A stretch of 64,000 nucleotides of DNA from Ylistrum balloti (GCF_031769215.1 NW_026782081.1:1302001-1366000), one strand, 5' to 3'; positions 46,316-60,215 are shown, counted from the stretch's first letter. Translations and numbers: made by a program. Notes: generated by a model not told the origin, from the sequence alone.

Positions 46316-49300
46316 ATGGCGGCACTGACCGGTGGTAAGATAAAACATGAAGAAAACGCGTACTGAATGATATCCTATCATATTGTATTCCATTAGAGAT
46401 TCTTTTTTTACATTGACAATTATATTCCCTAGCCACGGTTTTAGCTCATTATTTTGTGGGATATTTCAAACAATGAGTTTTACAAAAGACGCACACTGTA
46501 TATCAATTACTTAGATAATAAGTCAAACTGCAAAACATAGCGGTTCCGTTTAACGATGATGATAAAAAAAAAACCTTGGGACATTGTATATAAATGTGAA
46601 AACAAATGATTTATTGAAAATTGAAAGTTTTGAACAACGTGTTGTATGTGACGCTATATGTAGTGTTTTTACACTATTTCATTACAGGTATTGCATAGTT
46701 TTATTATTTGTCCCTGATCTATCATATTACAAAATTATAGATAATAAGACCATGGCAAAATGATGGTAACGACTGTGTTAGACACTGCATGGAACCAGTT
46801 CAAACATTTTCATGTTTTTATTTTTTGCTCATAGTGTACTCGTTTTCATCGGCGGATTTCCGTGTGACAAATGACATGAAAAATCATTTCGATGACAAAG
46901 GATACATTTTAGTCAAGTAATTATTTGCATAATCACAATCTACCAGGAAGTAGACTTTTTTCCATTTAATTGTTTTTTTATTAATACGTACGATAGTCTG
47001 TTTCAAATATCAAGCATAAGATAATTTTCGAGTGACTAAAATTGTATCACATGTAATATGTATTAACTTGACGTTGTTATGGTAATCTCAAACAGAATAA
47101 TGATAATTACTGCATAAGATGACTATCGAGATAATTAAATATTTAGTATAAGGCGCAACGTACATACACTTCACACGTGTTCATTTCGTATTAACCATAG
47201 AGTATATTAATATTTCAAAAGGTATTGTTTTCTTTTGTTAAACGTACAGAGGATTGTTTGATAAGGATGAGATAGCAAACCTAAGGAGGGTTTTCGAGGA
47301 CACAGACATCATCAAGGAAAACGGATATGGAGTAAGTCGTGCCAACCACTTCGCGTTGTGTATGTGATGTATCATTGTTCAAATACAACCTATATCATTT
47401 GTGGCGCATTGTTCAGTTTAGAAATGTCAATTTGAATTCGTTATTAAGAAGGACACAAAAGCAAAAAAATCTTTTAATGACATGAACTAAAATATCCTCG
47501 TTCGTTTATGTATTTTATCTTGAATTCTTTGACTCTCATTCAAGAACAGTCATTAGCTAACGTCTCTAAATATTTTACATTTGAAATACACTTCTTTGTG
47601 TTTCTATTTTTATTTGTGTCTACTTCGTTAGATTCTTATAACACAACATAAACAGGCTTTTCTGATCGCCAATACATCTGCCTATTCAATATCACAGATG
47701 CAATTTTCATGTGTATTTCGTCTGCTTAATCCTTTCCCTGTATCCATAGTTGCCAGATGGACAAGGCAAACAGGCGACGATGTTATTATGGAACAATCCC
47801 GGAAACGACGTATCTGGAATGATGGCACGATGCGAGAAAGTTGTCAATACTTGTGAAGACGTAAGAACAGATTAGAACATTTGATGAATATGAAGTAATA
47901 GTATCAGTACTGTAAGGATGATAATGATTAACTCTTAAGATGGTCTTATCTGATGTACACGTTGTTTGATTATACCATGCGCTGTATTAAGTGATAAGAC
48001 TTCTTTCATGAAATGCCGTCTACTCTTTTTCATTTAAGATCATTGTCCGATAATCTATTATAATTTACACTTGTATCTTACAAAAACAATTCTGCCAAAT
48101 AAACCTATTAGATTATACCAATAATATCGTTTTTTCTGCATCTATATCGCAGAGAACCTGTAAACCTTTCACGATCCATATGTGATTGATTGTCACATGC
48201 GTCATTGTATTGCAAAAACAATAAAAAGACATGAATAAACAAAAAGAAAACATACAACTTTTGCAAAATAAGCATATTTGTGTTTATGTAAATATTTCGA
48301 ACGGGAATCTTATTTTCAAAGTGCAATTATTATCTGGGTTTGTTTTCTAGTTACTAGGAGGTGAGGTGTATCACTACCATTCCAAACTGATGTACAAGAA
48401 ACCCTTCACTGGCGGTTCTTTTCTCTGGCATCAGGACTACGGGTAAAGATTTATTTATTTACTTTATCTAATTTGGTCTTATTTGAGAACGTGACCTTAC
48501 TTACTTGGATTGACCAAGGTTTACATGGCGGATGTCGTCGATGAAGCAGAAGACGCTTACTGTTTCAGAACACAAGCTCTTATTCTCCTTGTATCTTTTC
48601 AGGAGTCTCCGTGTAAACTTTCTTTTGTTCTTATTTTGCCCGGGTTTTATGGAATTTGAGTTTGAATTATGATTTTGTCGCCTTATTGGTATTTTCTTGA
48701 TGTTTTATGTCAGTGGACTCCAAATAGTAAACAAAGTGTAAGCTTTTTATTGAGATGACGCTGTTTCCATTAAAATAAGAAAGCAATGTGCATGAAAATT
48801 CTACATTGGAATTATGGATAGACAGTTTTCTTTTTCCTTGTACTTTTTCTTTTTTAGACTTCCTGTTTTTAAGACTTCCTCTTTTTATTACATTACTGGT
48901 TATATATCCCGCTCTATCAAGGTATTGGTACCACAATAGCTGTTTGTTTCCTGACATGATGACGGTATTCATAGCCATCGATAAATGTTCCCAATCCAAT
49001 GGCTGTTTGCAGGTAATATTCACGTGAATTTTCAACGGTTTTAATCTGGTCGTGTGAAGGCTATCTATATATGACACTTGTTGCATTTTCAAAGTCAAAC
49101 ATGTACAAGCGGTTGAAGTGGCTGCAGAAATATTGTTACCATTAATATTTGCTGCCAATCCAGGTTATTGGAAAAAAACACTAGTTTCATGGAACCAAAT
49201 TGAGAGATGAACTGTACAGTAAATAGTGCATTTTCTAACTGAAATGCGTTGTTGGTAGATACTGCCCGGCTCTAACAGATGTGGTCGCATTGTCCATGAT

Positions 49301-51113
49301 GCGACACACGGTCAGACTGCAGCCGATCATGAGCGTGTGTCTGCTATCGAGAAGGTCTGCCCCAAGGCTTATGTTGAGATGGACCAAGGTAAATAATTTA
49401 ATATTTATGTTATTGTAGTTACCGTGCATATAGTGTAATAATCTGCAATCAATCAATAATGACATGTAGTTAAGTCTCGTGAGTGACATGTTCATTCGTA
49501 TGTGACTGGTGTTTCGAAGGCCGATATTCATCTAACCTGGCGTTTGAATAGTTAACTACGCCTTCCGATAACTTCATAGGTGTGATTTATTTAACCTTTT
49601 GTCATCCATGTACTTTATTACTTTTATTTACTTTAGTTTTAAAAAAGAGTATAAAACTAAGTACTGCTGGTTGGACATATTGCAGGAGACGCCTTATTCT
49701 TCCACAGTAACCTGTTGCACTCAAGTTCTGGTAATGAGAGTCCTGATAGGAGGTGGGCTTATCTTATTGCATACAACACTAGGGCAAACAACGCATTAGT
49801 GCCTCACCATCATGCCCAGTACTCGCCTCTACAAAAGGTAATGTCATTAAGTAAATCTCTAGCCTATAGAACATACAAAACAGTCGAGTTCGCGACCGTA
49901 GCAATATATCCCATCTCTTATATGTTGTAAGTGTATTTCATTTAGCAGGCTCTTATTTTAGAGTTCTTGGGGGTAGACTTATAAACGAAATATTGTAATT
50001 TGGCGAAGACGACAAGAGTAAGTTTTACGCCCCGTCGATAACCTCATTCCCACTTGCTAGTTTGGTTATGACAGTACAGGTTAGCTTCCCGTAAGGCATT
50101 CAGGGGACTTGGGTCTGTAAAAGGGCGTGTGCTGTGTTGCAATACACATGATATTAATTCAGGAAAACTTAATTCGAGGTAAATAAAAATGTAAAAGGAC
50201 AAATGTTGCCATGTAAGTCGGTCATCATTTTACGTTTTCATTCTCTGGTGAACGTTGGTTAGTTAACCCGATGATAGGATGGAGAAATTTTGGCATTGCA
50301 CTTAAATCAGCACAATGACTTGAACATTAAAAGGTCAAATATTAGAACACCGCTTCAATACGTGTACAGATACATCATACGCTTCATTCCTTCATCTCTT
50401 CCAATTCATCCGTGCGAACTACGATATTTTTGTTGTAAAAATGATATCACCTTTCGATATATCTAAAGTAAGAACAAGATACATTATAGCGAAATAACGA
50501 ATTCAGTATGATGATACAGCTGAATCGTCCGTTACACTAGTACAAATGAATTAATCATAGATAATAAGCAAATGATTAAACTTGACTTGTCCTGATAAGT
50601 CGACAAGTTCACACACATTTATGTTTTCGAAATATCACAACTTGACCTTAAAATGACCGAATGGCTGAAAAATGTCACCATAGAAACGTTTGAAAAGAAA
50701 AAAAACAAATCGGTTGTAAAGGCCATGACAGCGTGTTAGTAATTGGCAAATGTAAACTGTTTTTATATTGTGAATATATTCACGTTTTAAAGCAGTGGGA
50801 TTCCGCTCGGCAACCTTTAATTCATACTGTTTAATAACACATCGTATCAGCTGATGAGTTTCTCAGTGAAATCAATTCCTTCATTCACACCCGATTTGCA
50901 ATAGGTTTTTCAACAAGATCTCTTGATAGTTTGCCATGTACAGGCAGGTGCTTTATGTTTATCGTCAGCAATTACTATTCACAGGTGCCGGACAGTGCAG
51001 TAAGAGAATGCAACAATTACAGTGATTTCACTGGAAAGGATTTCTTTGATCCCACTGACATGGAATCGCCTAAGAACGCTCTCGTCAAGACACAGGCAAA
51101 GTTTGAAAAATAG
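46316..51113 (+). CDS. PhyH-family Fe(II)/2OG dioxygenase copy 2, 9 exons, 295 aa
   Basis: Exons 46316-46334, 46835-46916, 47250-47331, 47750-47860, 48351-48442, 48922-49012, 49259-49388, 49686-49837 and 50985-51113 total 888 nt with an intact frame. Motifs: WHQDYGYWY, FHSNLLH and SPDRRWAY. Confidence 0.92.
48490..48575 (+). repeat. Dispersed repeat family R1 (intronic)
   Basis: GAACGTGACC...GACCAAGGTTTACATGGCGGATGTCGTCGATGAAGCAGAAGACGCTTAC. Confidence 0.85.
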
Positions 51114-51866
51114 ACAAACCGTTGTGACATATATAACTTTTTAACTGTATATGAAAAATCCTTGGTTAGTAAAAACAAACCAACTTCCATCACAGAAAAT
51201 CGTTAACATCACTAATGATACGATATCGATGTCTTCAGCAGTTGTTATTTGACTCACAGTCAGTTTGTACTACTTTTAAAGACAATAAAACGAAAAAATC
51301 CTTCAGTTTTAGTTCCATTTTTGAGGATGTATCGCCACTGTTCTGTATGATCACAATATACGCACAAGTGAAAAACAATACAAATTTGGAATTAGATATA
51401 ATAGAGTTCAGTCTAGTAATGTTTAGATATTGATTACAAATTCTCCATTCCCAGTGTTTAAGCTGAAATATTTTACTGGGATGTGACAGTTATATGCTAA
51501 AATATTATCATTACTTTCTCGTCATCAATGATTTTAATCTTGTACCCTTTGTCCATTTAGCCAAAGTGTGTTGTTTTCATATACATTAACATTGTAGATT
51601 ACATAATCCAAAGTATTATATATTTTTAAGACACCGAATAAGCATGCTATCTACCTAGTCAGTTAGATACTGACACTGTCACACTAATTTCTAATAATTA
51701 CGGTACACGGTGGTTTAACATTTGTGCCCATGCATGTTAATCAGTTTCATATGGATGGAATGCGAACTAAAGATTGTATACTATTAGTTTTAATCAACAT
51801 ATAGGTATGCATGGTGAGTGTTATGGTCACCAACATAAATATTTATCATCTTTGCTATTGAAGCAT

Positions 51867-51873
51867 ACATCAC

Positions 51874-51927
<54 letters not shown>
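51867..51927. repeat. (CAT)n microsatellite
   Basis: About 20 CAT units with one CAC interruption. Confidence 0.98.
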
Positions 51928-52950
51928 GTGTAATCGTTGATGATGTCAACACAAAAACATTAAATGATTGCAAGATATGAACATCGAAGCAGAATGAGAA
52001 TAAGAATAGGTGTTCCGGAAGGATAAGTATTTCCTGGTCGTGCCATCAATCCAAGTAAATAATGTAAAGTTCGGAAATCAAAACAAAGCTAACAACAACG
52101 GGACAACCTTGGAAGCTAACGAGCATCGTACACATAAAAACTCATACCGCAATGTAATCGGTGTTATAAACTGATAGAATCATGTGAGGCAACATTAAAA
52201 CAAGTTTGTGACAACTCAAAACATTATATAATGGCGACGCTGTATAACAGTTGAAATCCCATGTAAATATTAGTGTGAGAGGTTTCTGAACTGCGTGGTC
52301 AACATATGCAAAAAATGAAAACAGAAAAAAATTTAAATATTTTTTAATCATTAGTAATTATCTATTTATTGTCAACACTCGGGAAATGTCTATCATTTCC
52401 TTCCTTGTCGTTTATGATAGATAAACCATCGGAATGATTAATTAGTACTTAAATAAAAAGAAACGTCACACATTATGTACGTTAAAAGCAGCCCCAGTTC
52501 AGCATATAGGATGAGATCGGTGTATACTCTACTGTACATCTTGTTTATATCGGGACAGTCCTTTATTTTATCTGCTTCGTGACAGTCATCATAACAAGAT
52601 ATCATGAATTGATGAAAGCTGGTTTACAAGGTAAGCGATAGAATCACTAGTATATCTATTTATTGAAAGGAGATTTCGCTTTGATCATTAATAACAAAGT
52701 GAACAGCTGTCCTACTGCTAGGACTTTAATCATCTGTCAAAAACTCGTTGGTTAAGAAAAGTATTTGTACTATTAAAGTTGCAGTTGGTAATTATTCAGA
52801 TGTTCATATTTATTTACAGATTATAATTAAACCCAAACATTGTCAACATGATTGAAGGCAGATCAGTTACATGATGTATTTGTACATGAGCTGTGAATGA
52901 TACTGGTATAACTTTTTTTCTGTTCAGCAGGACTGCGTTTTAAGAAAAAC

Positions 52951-55437
52951 ATGGCGACATTATCTGGAGGTACAGTATCTATGTAACATGCTGATAAGTC
53001 CAGGGTCAAGGTGTTATGAAGCGTCTTACCTATTATCTACCCGGTGTTGTTAAGTGTTGAGATTCATGAAATACCATCCGGAGTGTGTTGGTGGTGGTGG
53101 TGGTGGTGGTGGTGGTGGTTGGGGGGGATCCATTTAGTTTGTTGTGTTCGAGTCTGGTTTTCCATGGTTGACGAGTATCGTGTCACTAAGATCATTTCAT
53201 AGAACAATGTTTTTTTAATATTTTGCATTCTTTATAATCTTTAATATCATCAACGATACAATAACTTGATATTTATACACAATAAGGATCCAACATGACG
53301 TAGTTCTGATCAATTGCAAAGTCCGCTGGTAGATTTACAGTTATTGAAAACTATACAAAACTGCATAGCTATAGGTTAACATGTCATAATGAACTGATCA
53401 TCCAGAAGTAGGACTGGATACTGTTCCTTCGCTTAAATAAGTTGAAGAAAAATAAGTAATGAAATATAGATGTTTTCAATTTCATCAATGCCAGATAAAA
53501 CCATGACAACACTATAAACATATTGAGATCAGGACGTCTAAACTACTTGTCATTAACTTTCTTCCTCTTTCCCTTAAAATGGTTTATACTTCTACTTTTG
53601 AAATTAATCAAGTTATGTTCTACTTAAGTTTATAAGTACGCATCCGAGGAATTCCGTGTGACGGACGACATGAAGAAGTGCTTCGACGATCTAGGATACA
53701 TCTTAGTTCGGTACGAAATCACTCTCTATTCCAAGTTATGAAATGAAAAATAATAGTGTTATAGTAATTTTGATAATCGATTTTCATAGAAATGCACAAA
53801 TATTGAATGTTTATCATCATGTTTTGTATTCAAAATTCATTGTTAGTTATTGCATGTCTACAAATTTTTAATATGGTTCCTACAGAGGATTGTTTGATAG
53901 TCATGAGATGGCTAAAGTGAGAAAGGTGTTCGAGGAAACAAACCTCATAAAAGAACATGGATGGGGAGTAAGTATCCTACAGTGTATTCATCAACGTTTA
54001 CACTTATATGGCATAACATATCGGAAGTTTTGGCAGGTATCTAAATTTTGAGAATTTAGCGACCCTTTCAAAATTGCAAAAATATGGAAGTTTTCTTACT
54101 TTTATTGTAAGCTGAGGTACTTACATGTAACTCTATGATATATCAATACTAGTTGGCATGTTAATCTCTTATCTAATATGACTGGTCAGTATGATCGTAA
54201 ATTGATATTAGAATCTTAGCTTATGTCTATTCTAAAATAAAAAGAGTTAAAAGAAGTCTTCCAAGTCTCTGGGACTCCTTTGAGAGTTTGACATTTAGGA
54301 GATAAATTCAAATATGATTGTAAAAGATGTCGACTGCTGATGGATTACATTGAAGCATTTATAAGCTAAATGCCAAAGTTAGAGGTTACAAGTGAAGTTT
54401 TAGGAAGTCAAATGTAGCATTGAGTTGAACCATGAGAAGGGAAGTGAAAATAGACCAGACTGGGATCAGTGCTTTTAGATCTAAACGGTTGTCTTAACTG
54501 TCGCTCTGGTTGTTTATCGGTCGGTACACACCTATACTAATCCCGCTCGTACAACAATAGGTTTCATTTTTTAGTTTTGTTAATATTGATATTAGTAGTA
54601 TTTATTTTTACATGAATATGTTACTAGGTAAATGACGGATCTGGCAAAATAACAAAACTAGTAGTCTGGAATAGTCCTGGAAATGACATATCTGGAATGA
54701 TGGCACGATGTGAAAAAGTCGTAAATACTTCTGAAGACGTAAGTTTGCCTTCTCAAACTTAACATCATTGGGTTGAGGTCGGCTGGCCGTGTCCCGAAAT
54801 CATTATAATCAATAACGTTCGTACGATATCTTAAAAAAATAGAATTGGAAATCAAAGGCACGACAGACTCTTCTTCATTAGTTTTATATCTCAATGAAAA
54901 GAAAACCAACATGGACAGTTTGCCACTAAATTCTCTTTTGTTAATTTTCCATGTCCGGATAGTATTATCCCTGCATATCCAACCAATGGTATTTACGTGT
55001 CACAGCTAATTAGATATTCGAGGGCCTGCTCTCATTATCACGATTCTTGTGCAAGTCTTCAAACTCGTAACACAGAGTTTCAAAACATGGAGGTTGATAA
55101 AACATTATGGGGGAGATTTATAGTCACCATAGTGAGAAATATTCTATTTCTTTGTGTAACATGAATCTGGGCGTATTTGATGCTCGTTAGTTTGCCTGTT
55201 GATTCTGTTGTCGTATAGCTTGTTATTGTTTGAGAACGTGACCTTCGTATATACCAAGGTTTACATTGTGGGTGTCGTCGATGAAGCAGAAGACGCTTAC
55301 TCTTCCTGAACACCTGGTATTTATTCTCTTTGTACGTATTCATCAGTCTTCATGTACATTTTTCTTTTGTCTGTATTTGGTCTGGTTTTATGGAATTTGG
55401 ATTATGATTATGTTCTCGATTTTTTTGTTTGTTTTTG

Positions 55438-55468
<31 letters not shown>

Positions 55469-57914
55469 AGACCAAACATTTTCTTTAAAGCAAGGTAGGC
55501 TGCGTCGTTACATTGTTGCTCAAACCATACATGAAACAAATGTAGGTTGTATTAACGGAAAATGTAATCGTATAACGATAAAATGAAGGGTAATCTTCCG
55601 TGTCGTCTTGTAGTAATAATAAGGTAGTAGTAATGATAAAGTTCAATCCAGTTTCCGTGTATCAGTGGTTTGATAAGTGTATACATATTGGGGTACGTAT
55701 GAGGAAGGACAACTGTACTCATTGTAGGACTCTTTCATACTTAATAACAGATAGAGCTCAGATGGGCAGACCATATTTAGCTAGATATTAGATATGATGG
55801 AACAAACAAGTGATACATCATTGACATAAGACACCGGTACAGAGATGAGCACCGCCACACCGATTAAACAATTCACATGGTCCTATTTATGCTGACCTAT
55901 GGCCCTGTCTATGCTGACCTATGGCCCTATCTACATGTATGCTGACCTATGCACTAGTATTTAGATAATTAACTACATGTTACATGAACTGTAGATCAAC
56001 AAAGACTGCTGACCATAAGTAAACCAACATGTGATCGCCTTCCTTCGTATTTCGAAACTAAATTTCTTTATAAATTACTTTGCTAAAATAACTTATAATG
56101 ATTAAAAATTAACAACAATAATCAGTACAGATCAAAGTAGTACAAAGTGTCATCAGTTCAATCAAACAGTTTTAAATAGATATTCAGATTTGTTCAACTT
56201 TCTGAAACAGGATTAAAGTAAATATTCTTACCTTTTCTTTGACAAAATGTAAATTACCTAAAATTTCCTGAGGTTTCGCTTCAGATTGAAAACATTATAA
56301 AACTTGTAGTGTCTCCTTATAAGGAAGTACTTACAATAATTCTAATTCTATGCGCAAGACCAGTTGTTGAGAGGAGAGGTCTACCACTACCATGGAAATC
56401 TAACTTATAAGGATCCTTTTTCAGGAGGGTCGTTCTTGTGGCACCAGGATTACGGGTAAACCCAATTAATTTCTTTATGAAATACCAATCAATCGGTGAT
56501 AAATATACGGCAAATTATATTTTCTAGAGAATTCAATACTTTTTTATTAAGGTTTATTATATCAATGACCTACATTGCAATAAGATGACAAACAATACCA
56601 GTGTTGAACTTGAATAAACACATTTGTTTCTTTGTGTTTTACATACTCTAATCTTTTGTTATATTTTCTATTATGAGTAGGCAATTATGATTTTAATTCT
56701 TTTAATGTAGCTGTTTATGTACGTTTTCTGATGTTTAAAAATATTCTTGATAATGTTCAATATTTCTTTCAGATATTGGTATAAAAATACTTGTTTGTTT
56801 CCCGACATGTTGACGGTTTTCGTGCCAATTGATAAATGCACTAAATCAAACGGATGCTTGCAGGTATGGGCATGATAAAGGAGGCGAATCGGCCTGTTAT
56901 TTTTTAATCGTTGCTGTGATCTAGTGGTCGAAACTGATATAATCCTGACAATTGAATATGAACATGCAAGCTATCATATGAAGTGTTGAACAAGTCATTC
57001 ACTAATATTATGATTTTGTATATCTGCAGATATTACCTGGTTCTCATAAATGCGGCAGGATAGATCACGACATGAACACAGGTCAAACCGCGGCCAATGT
57101 GGACCGCGTTGAAGCCATAAAGAAAAGGTGTCCGCCTGCTTTTGTGGAGATGGACGCAGGTATGATGTTAATTGTAACAATACTAGTTAATTACTAGCTA
57201 CCTCATAACTGAGCGTGATAGTGCAGACAAAAGTTGACATCTCTTTTAATAAACAATGTATTTCATTTGGTAATTTATCTAAAAGATTGAGAAATTGTGA
57301 ATACCTATGTGGAAATATGGAAACGTCATGCAGATATTAAAAACAAACATGCAATTTTGTTAATGAATACGGAAAAGTGAATATGAAGTAAATAATTGTC
57401 ATTTTCGTTCATATAATGTGTCTTTCAAAGGTGATGCTTTGTTCTTCCACTGTAACCTGCTTCACTGTAGTTCCGCTAACGAGAGTCCTGACAGGAGGTG
57501 GGCCTACTTGATAGCTTACAACACCAAGGTCAACAACCCAATAGTTCCCCACCATCATGCCCAATATTCACCTATCCAAAAGGTAACTGTAAACCACTCT
57601 GTTCAAAACGATCGCGAAATTTGACCTCTAATTACAATTCATTTCATTTGTTCTAGTGAGCCATGTTCTTCTAAAAGCTCTTGCAGACTGCTCTTATCAA
57701 TATCAATACATAAATGCAAATATTGGAGCACATTCATTAAACTTGAAATAAAAAAAAAAAAAACTTATAATATATTTATTTTCAGGTTCCTAACAGTGCT
57801 GTGGCGGAATGTACAAATTACAGTGACTTCACTGACAAAGATTTCATGGAAGTCGGCTCGTCTAAAACAACCCGAATTTCATTTGTTGAGAACCAAGTTA
57901 AAAGAACCAAGTGA
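52951..57914 (+). CDS. PhyH-family Fe(II)/2OG dioxygenase copy 3, 9 exons, 295 aa
   Basis: Exons 52951-52969, 53629-53710, 53886-53967, 54628-54738, 56364-56455, 56773-56863, 57030-57159, 57431-57582 and 57786-57914 have the same lengths as in copy 2. Motifs: WHQDYGYWY, GSHK, FHCNLLH and SPDRRWAY. Confidence 0.92.
54920..55320 (+). mobile_element. Penelope-like RT C-terminal fragment followed by repeat R1 (intron of copy 3)
   Basis: FSFVNFPCPDSIIPAYPTNGIYVSQLIRYSRACSHYHDS (54930-55050), then R1 at 55230-55320. Confidence 0.72.
55880..55950. repeat. Short tandem repeat of TATGCTGACCTATG(GCCCT), three copies
   Basis: Three copies are directly visible. Confidence 0.85.
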
Positions 57915-58959
57915 CACATGTTTTTTTTTCATGATGATGTCTACAGCTGACATGTTTTTATTTTATAATCACTCAATTAACTCATGTATCTTGACCCCAG
58001 ATGACAAAAGAAAAAGACAAAATGTAAGTAGACAAGAACATATAACTTACAATATATTTTTGAGCTGTCAATGTCCTGCTTATCCGCTCTTTAGATGTCA
58101 AAAAATGTCGATTTGTTTCCAGGAAATTGGCTTTGTATGTAAAATCATATGATGTCAAATCAACAGTGACATCAAACGCATTAGGTTTCAAAAGAAGTAA
58201 TGTTCTAGTAATGGCTTAAGATAAAAAAAAAACACGAAGAACAAATAAAACACTATTTATCTTCTGTAAAACTGTCCCTTGTGATCATGTTGTTATGTCC
58301 AAAAGTCACGATTAAGCTGCTACTTTTGATAAATCCTCCTGTTTACTTACATAGATTTTAGTGAGTACATTACCAACGTCTCTCTCTCTCTTTATATATA
58401 TTTGTATTGTTTGGCAGAGTCTTTACTGTGCATTTTTTCTGGTAGTTATCTTATAAATTGAAAATCCAACCGCTTATGGGTAACGAAACAGGATGTCACA
58501 ATGACATCAAACAAAAATCACTACGGGTATACAATCTCGTAACTTTGTGTTACTTCCTTGTCGAGAGATATATCAGAAATACCTTGTTCTTTCTAGCAAC
58601 CTTGTACCTTACAAAAATGTTGCTAATTTAATTGACCGTGTGAACAAGTGTTGTTGTAATGTAAATATTGATCTATGTGTAATAACTCATCTTCAAACAG
58701 AATAACGTATTGGCAGATCCAGAGATAAACATGATCATTGAATCGTCAACCATCTGACCTCATTTTAGCAATTGGTTATGCATAATACATTGGTAACTTA
58801 GTAACTTTTATATCTGCCTGATTAACATCCTTGATAAAAAACGAATACAGAAATAATGCCAGAATCTTCATTCAAACTCAATTTCGATGAAATCAAAGCA
58901 AAACATGAACAAAAGAAATAAAAATGATAAAAACAAGAAGAATACGACAATGTGTTCAG

Positions 58960-59040
58960 GAAGAATAAACGCTTTCACCTTATCTAAAACACCCGCCGTG
59001 AAAACCCTCGTCTATCTAAGTAAGAACCACATTCTCAAAT
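58960..59040 (-). repeat. Dispersed repeat family R1, decayed inverted copy
   Basis: GTGTTCAGGAAGAATAAACGC...AACACCCGCCGTGAAAACC...CACATTCTCAAAT aligns to the reverse complement of R1. Confidence 0.6.
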
Positions 59041-59254
59041 GAGAACACAATAAACTACACCGGAATCAACAGGTATGCAAACGAGCATCAAACACAGTAA
59101 TAGAATACATAATTGTTGATATCGAGCATGCATTCAATTAATCGTCTACGAAATTGGACTTCAATGAAAAAAAAAACCATTCATTTAGGAAATTTCAATG
59201 TATAAATAATCATTTCCGAAATTGGAACGTGAATTAAAACATAACTAAACAGAA

Positions 59255-59574
59255 TAGAAGTTCTCTACAAACAACCAGAAGAAAATAACATAGTGACGTT
59301 TCGATGACTACACGGTCACCTTAATCAGATTATGTCCAGTGTGAAGCGGACTAGCACTGCTGTACCTAGTATACGAAATGGCACGGAATCGACTAACGTT
59401 TTGGCTTCACTATAACCCTATGTACACTAAGATGGAAAATAGTGTGACGAGATGGTAAACAGATTATTGACGAAAGTGATTTCAAGATAGGAATACACTA
59501 GTCATTTATCTGATGAAGGTGACCGTGTAGTCATCGAAATGTCACACTACTTCTGGTTATTGTAAGAACTTCTA
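59255..59574. repeat. Long inverted repeat (~70-bp arms, ~177-bp spacer); each arm carries a hammerhead-like motif
   Basis: Arms are 59255-59330 and 59508-59574. The plus arm reads CTGATGA-A-GGTGAC-cgtgta-GTCATC-GAAA-TGTC. The minus arm reads CTGATTA-A-(same stem)-GAAA-CGTC. Confidence 0.8.
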
Positions 59575-60134
59575 ATCTATTGGCATTACCAAACTTAAAT
59601 AAGTGTATCAAACTAATTAGAAATTTATAAATACATGTATTAACAGGAAATACTGATGTATTTTATGACCATTTTAAGAACAACTAGCAGCATTAGGCTT
59701 ACAATTTTACTTGTATGCAATCAAGGGAGGTAACTCAGTTCGGCGGTCCGAGAAATTTGTTTGCGTAAACTTGACGATTTAGCCAAGAGCGAAGATAACG
59801 GAATTATCGATGGTTAACTCTACCGTACAGCGAGATATTTGCGTAGTTCCAATTTGTTGACAATTTTAAGATTTAAAATAGGAAAATAATAGATTCTAAT
59901 TGATTTGATTTTCATGATCTAAAGTAGAGAAGAAATTTATTTTTGCGAGTATTACTTTCAGAATTTGTGCTTTAAATACGTGATTATTGATTCATCAATC
60001 AAGAACTTATGATTAAACAAGATTTTATGACGTCTAAGCCTTTCAAACGCAAGCATTTTCTGAAATATCCAAGATGCTTACCCTCGAAATTATGAAACAT
60101 TCTCCCCTCGAAAGTAAGGCTAAAATGTATTTCC

Positions 60135-60215
60135 ATTGAGGCCATGATGACAACCATGAAACTTTCTAATAATCTCCATCAACATGGATCACTTGAAACC
60201 CTGTGATATGAATAT
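60135..60215 (-). mobile_element. Penelope-like RT C-terminal fragment (short)
   Basis: Minus strand reads ISQGFK*SMLMEIIRKFHGCHHGL, homologous to the other fragments (cf. LSQGY...RKFYGRHHDL). Confidence 0.55.

Noticed and set aside
50871-50895. CTGATGAG...GAAA hammerhead-like string
   Set aside because: Stem II does not pair, and there is no stem I or stem III.
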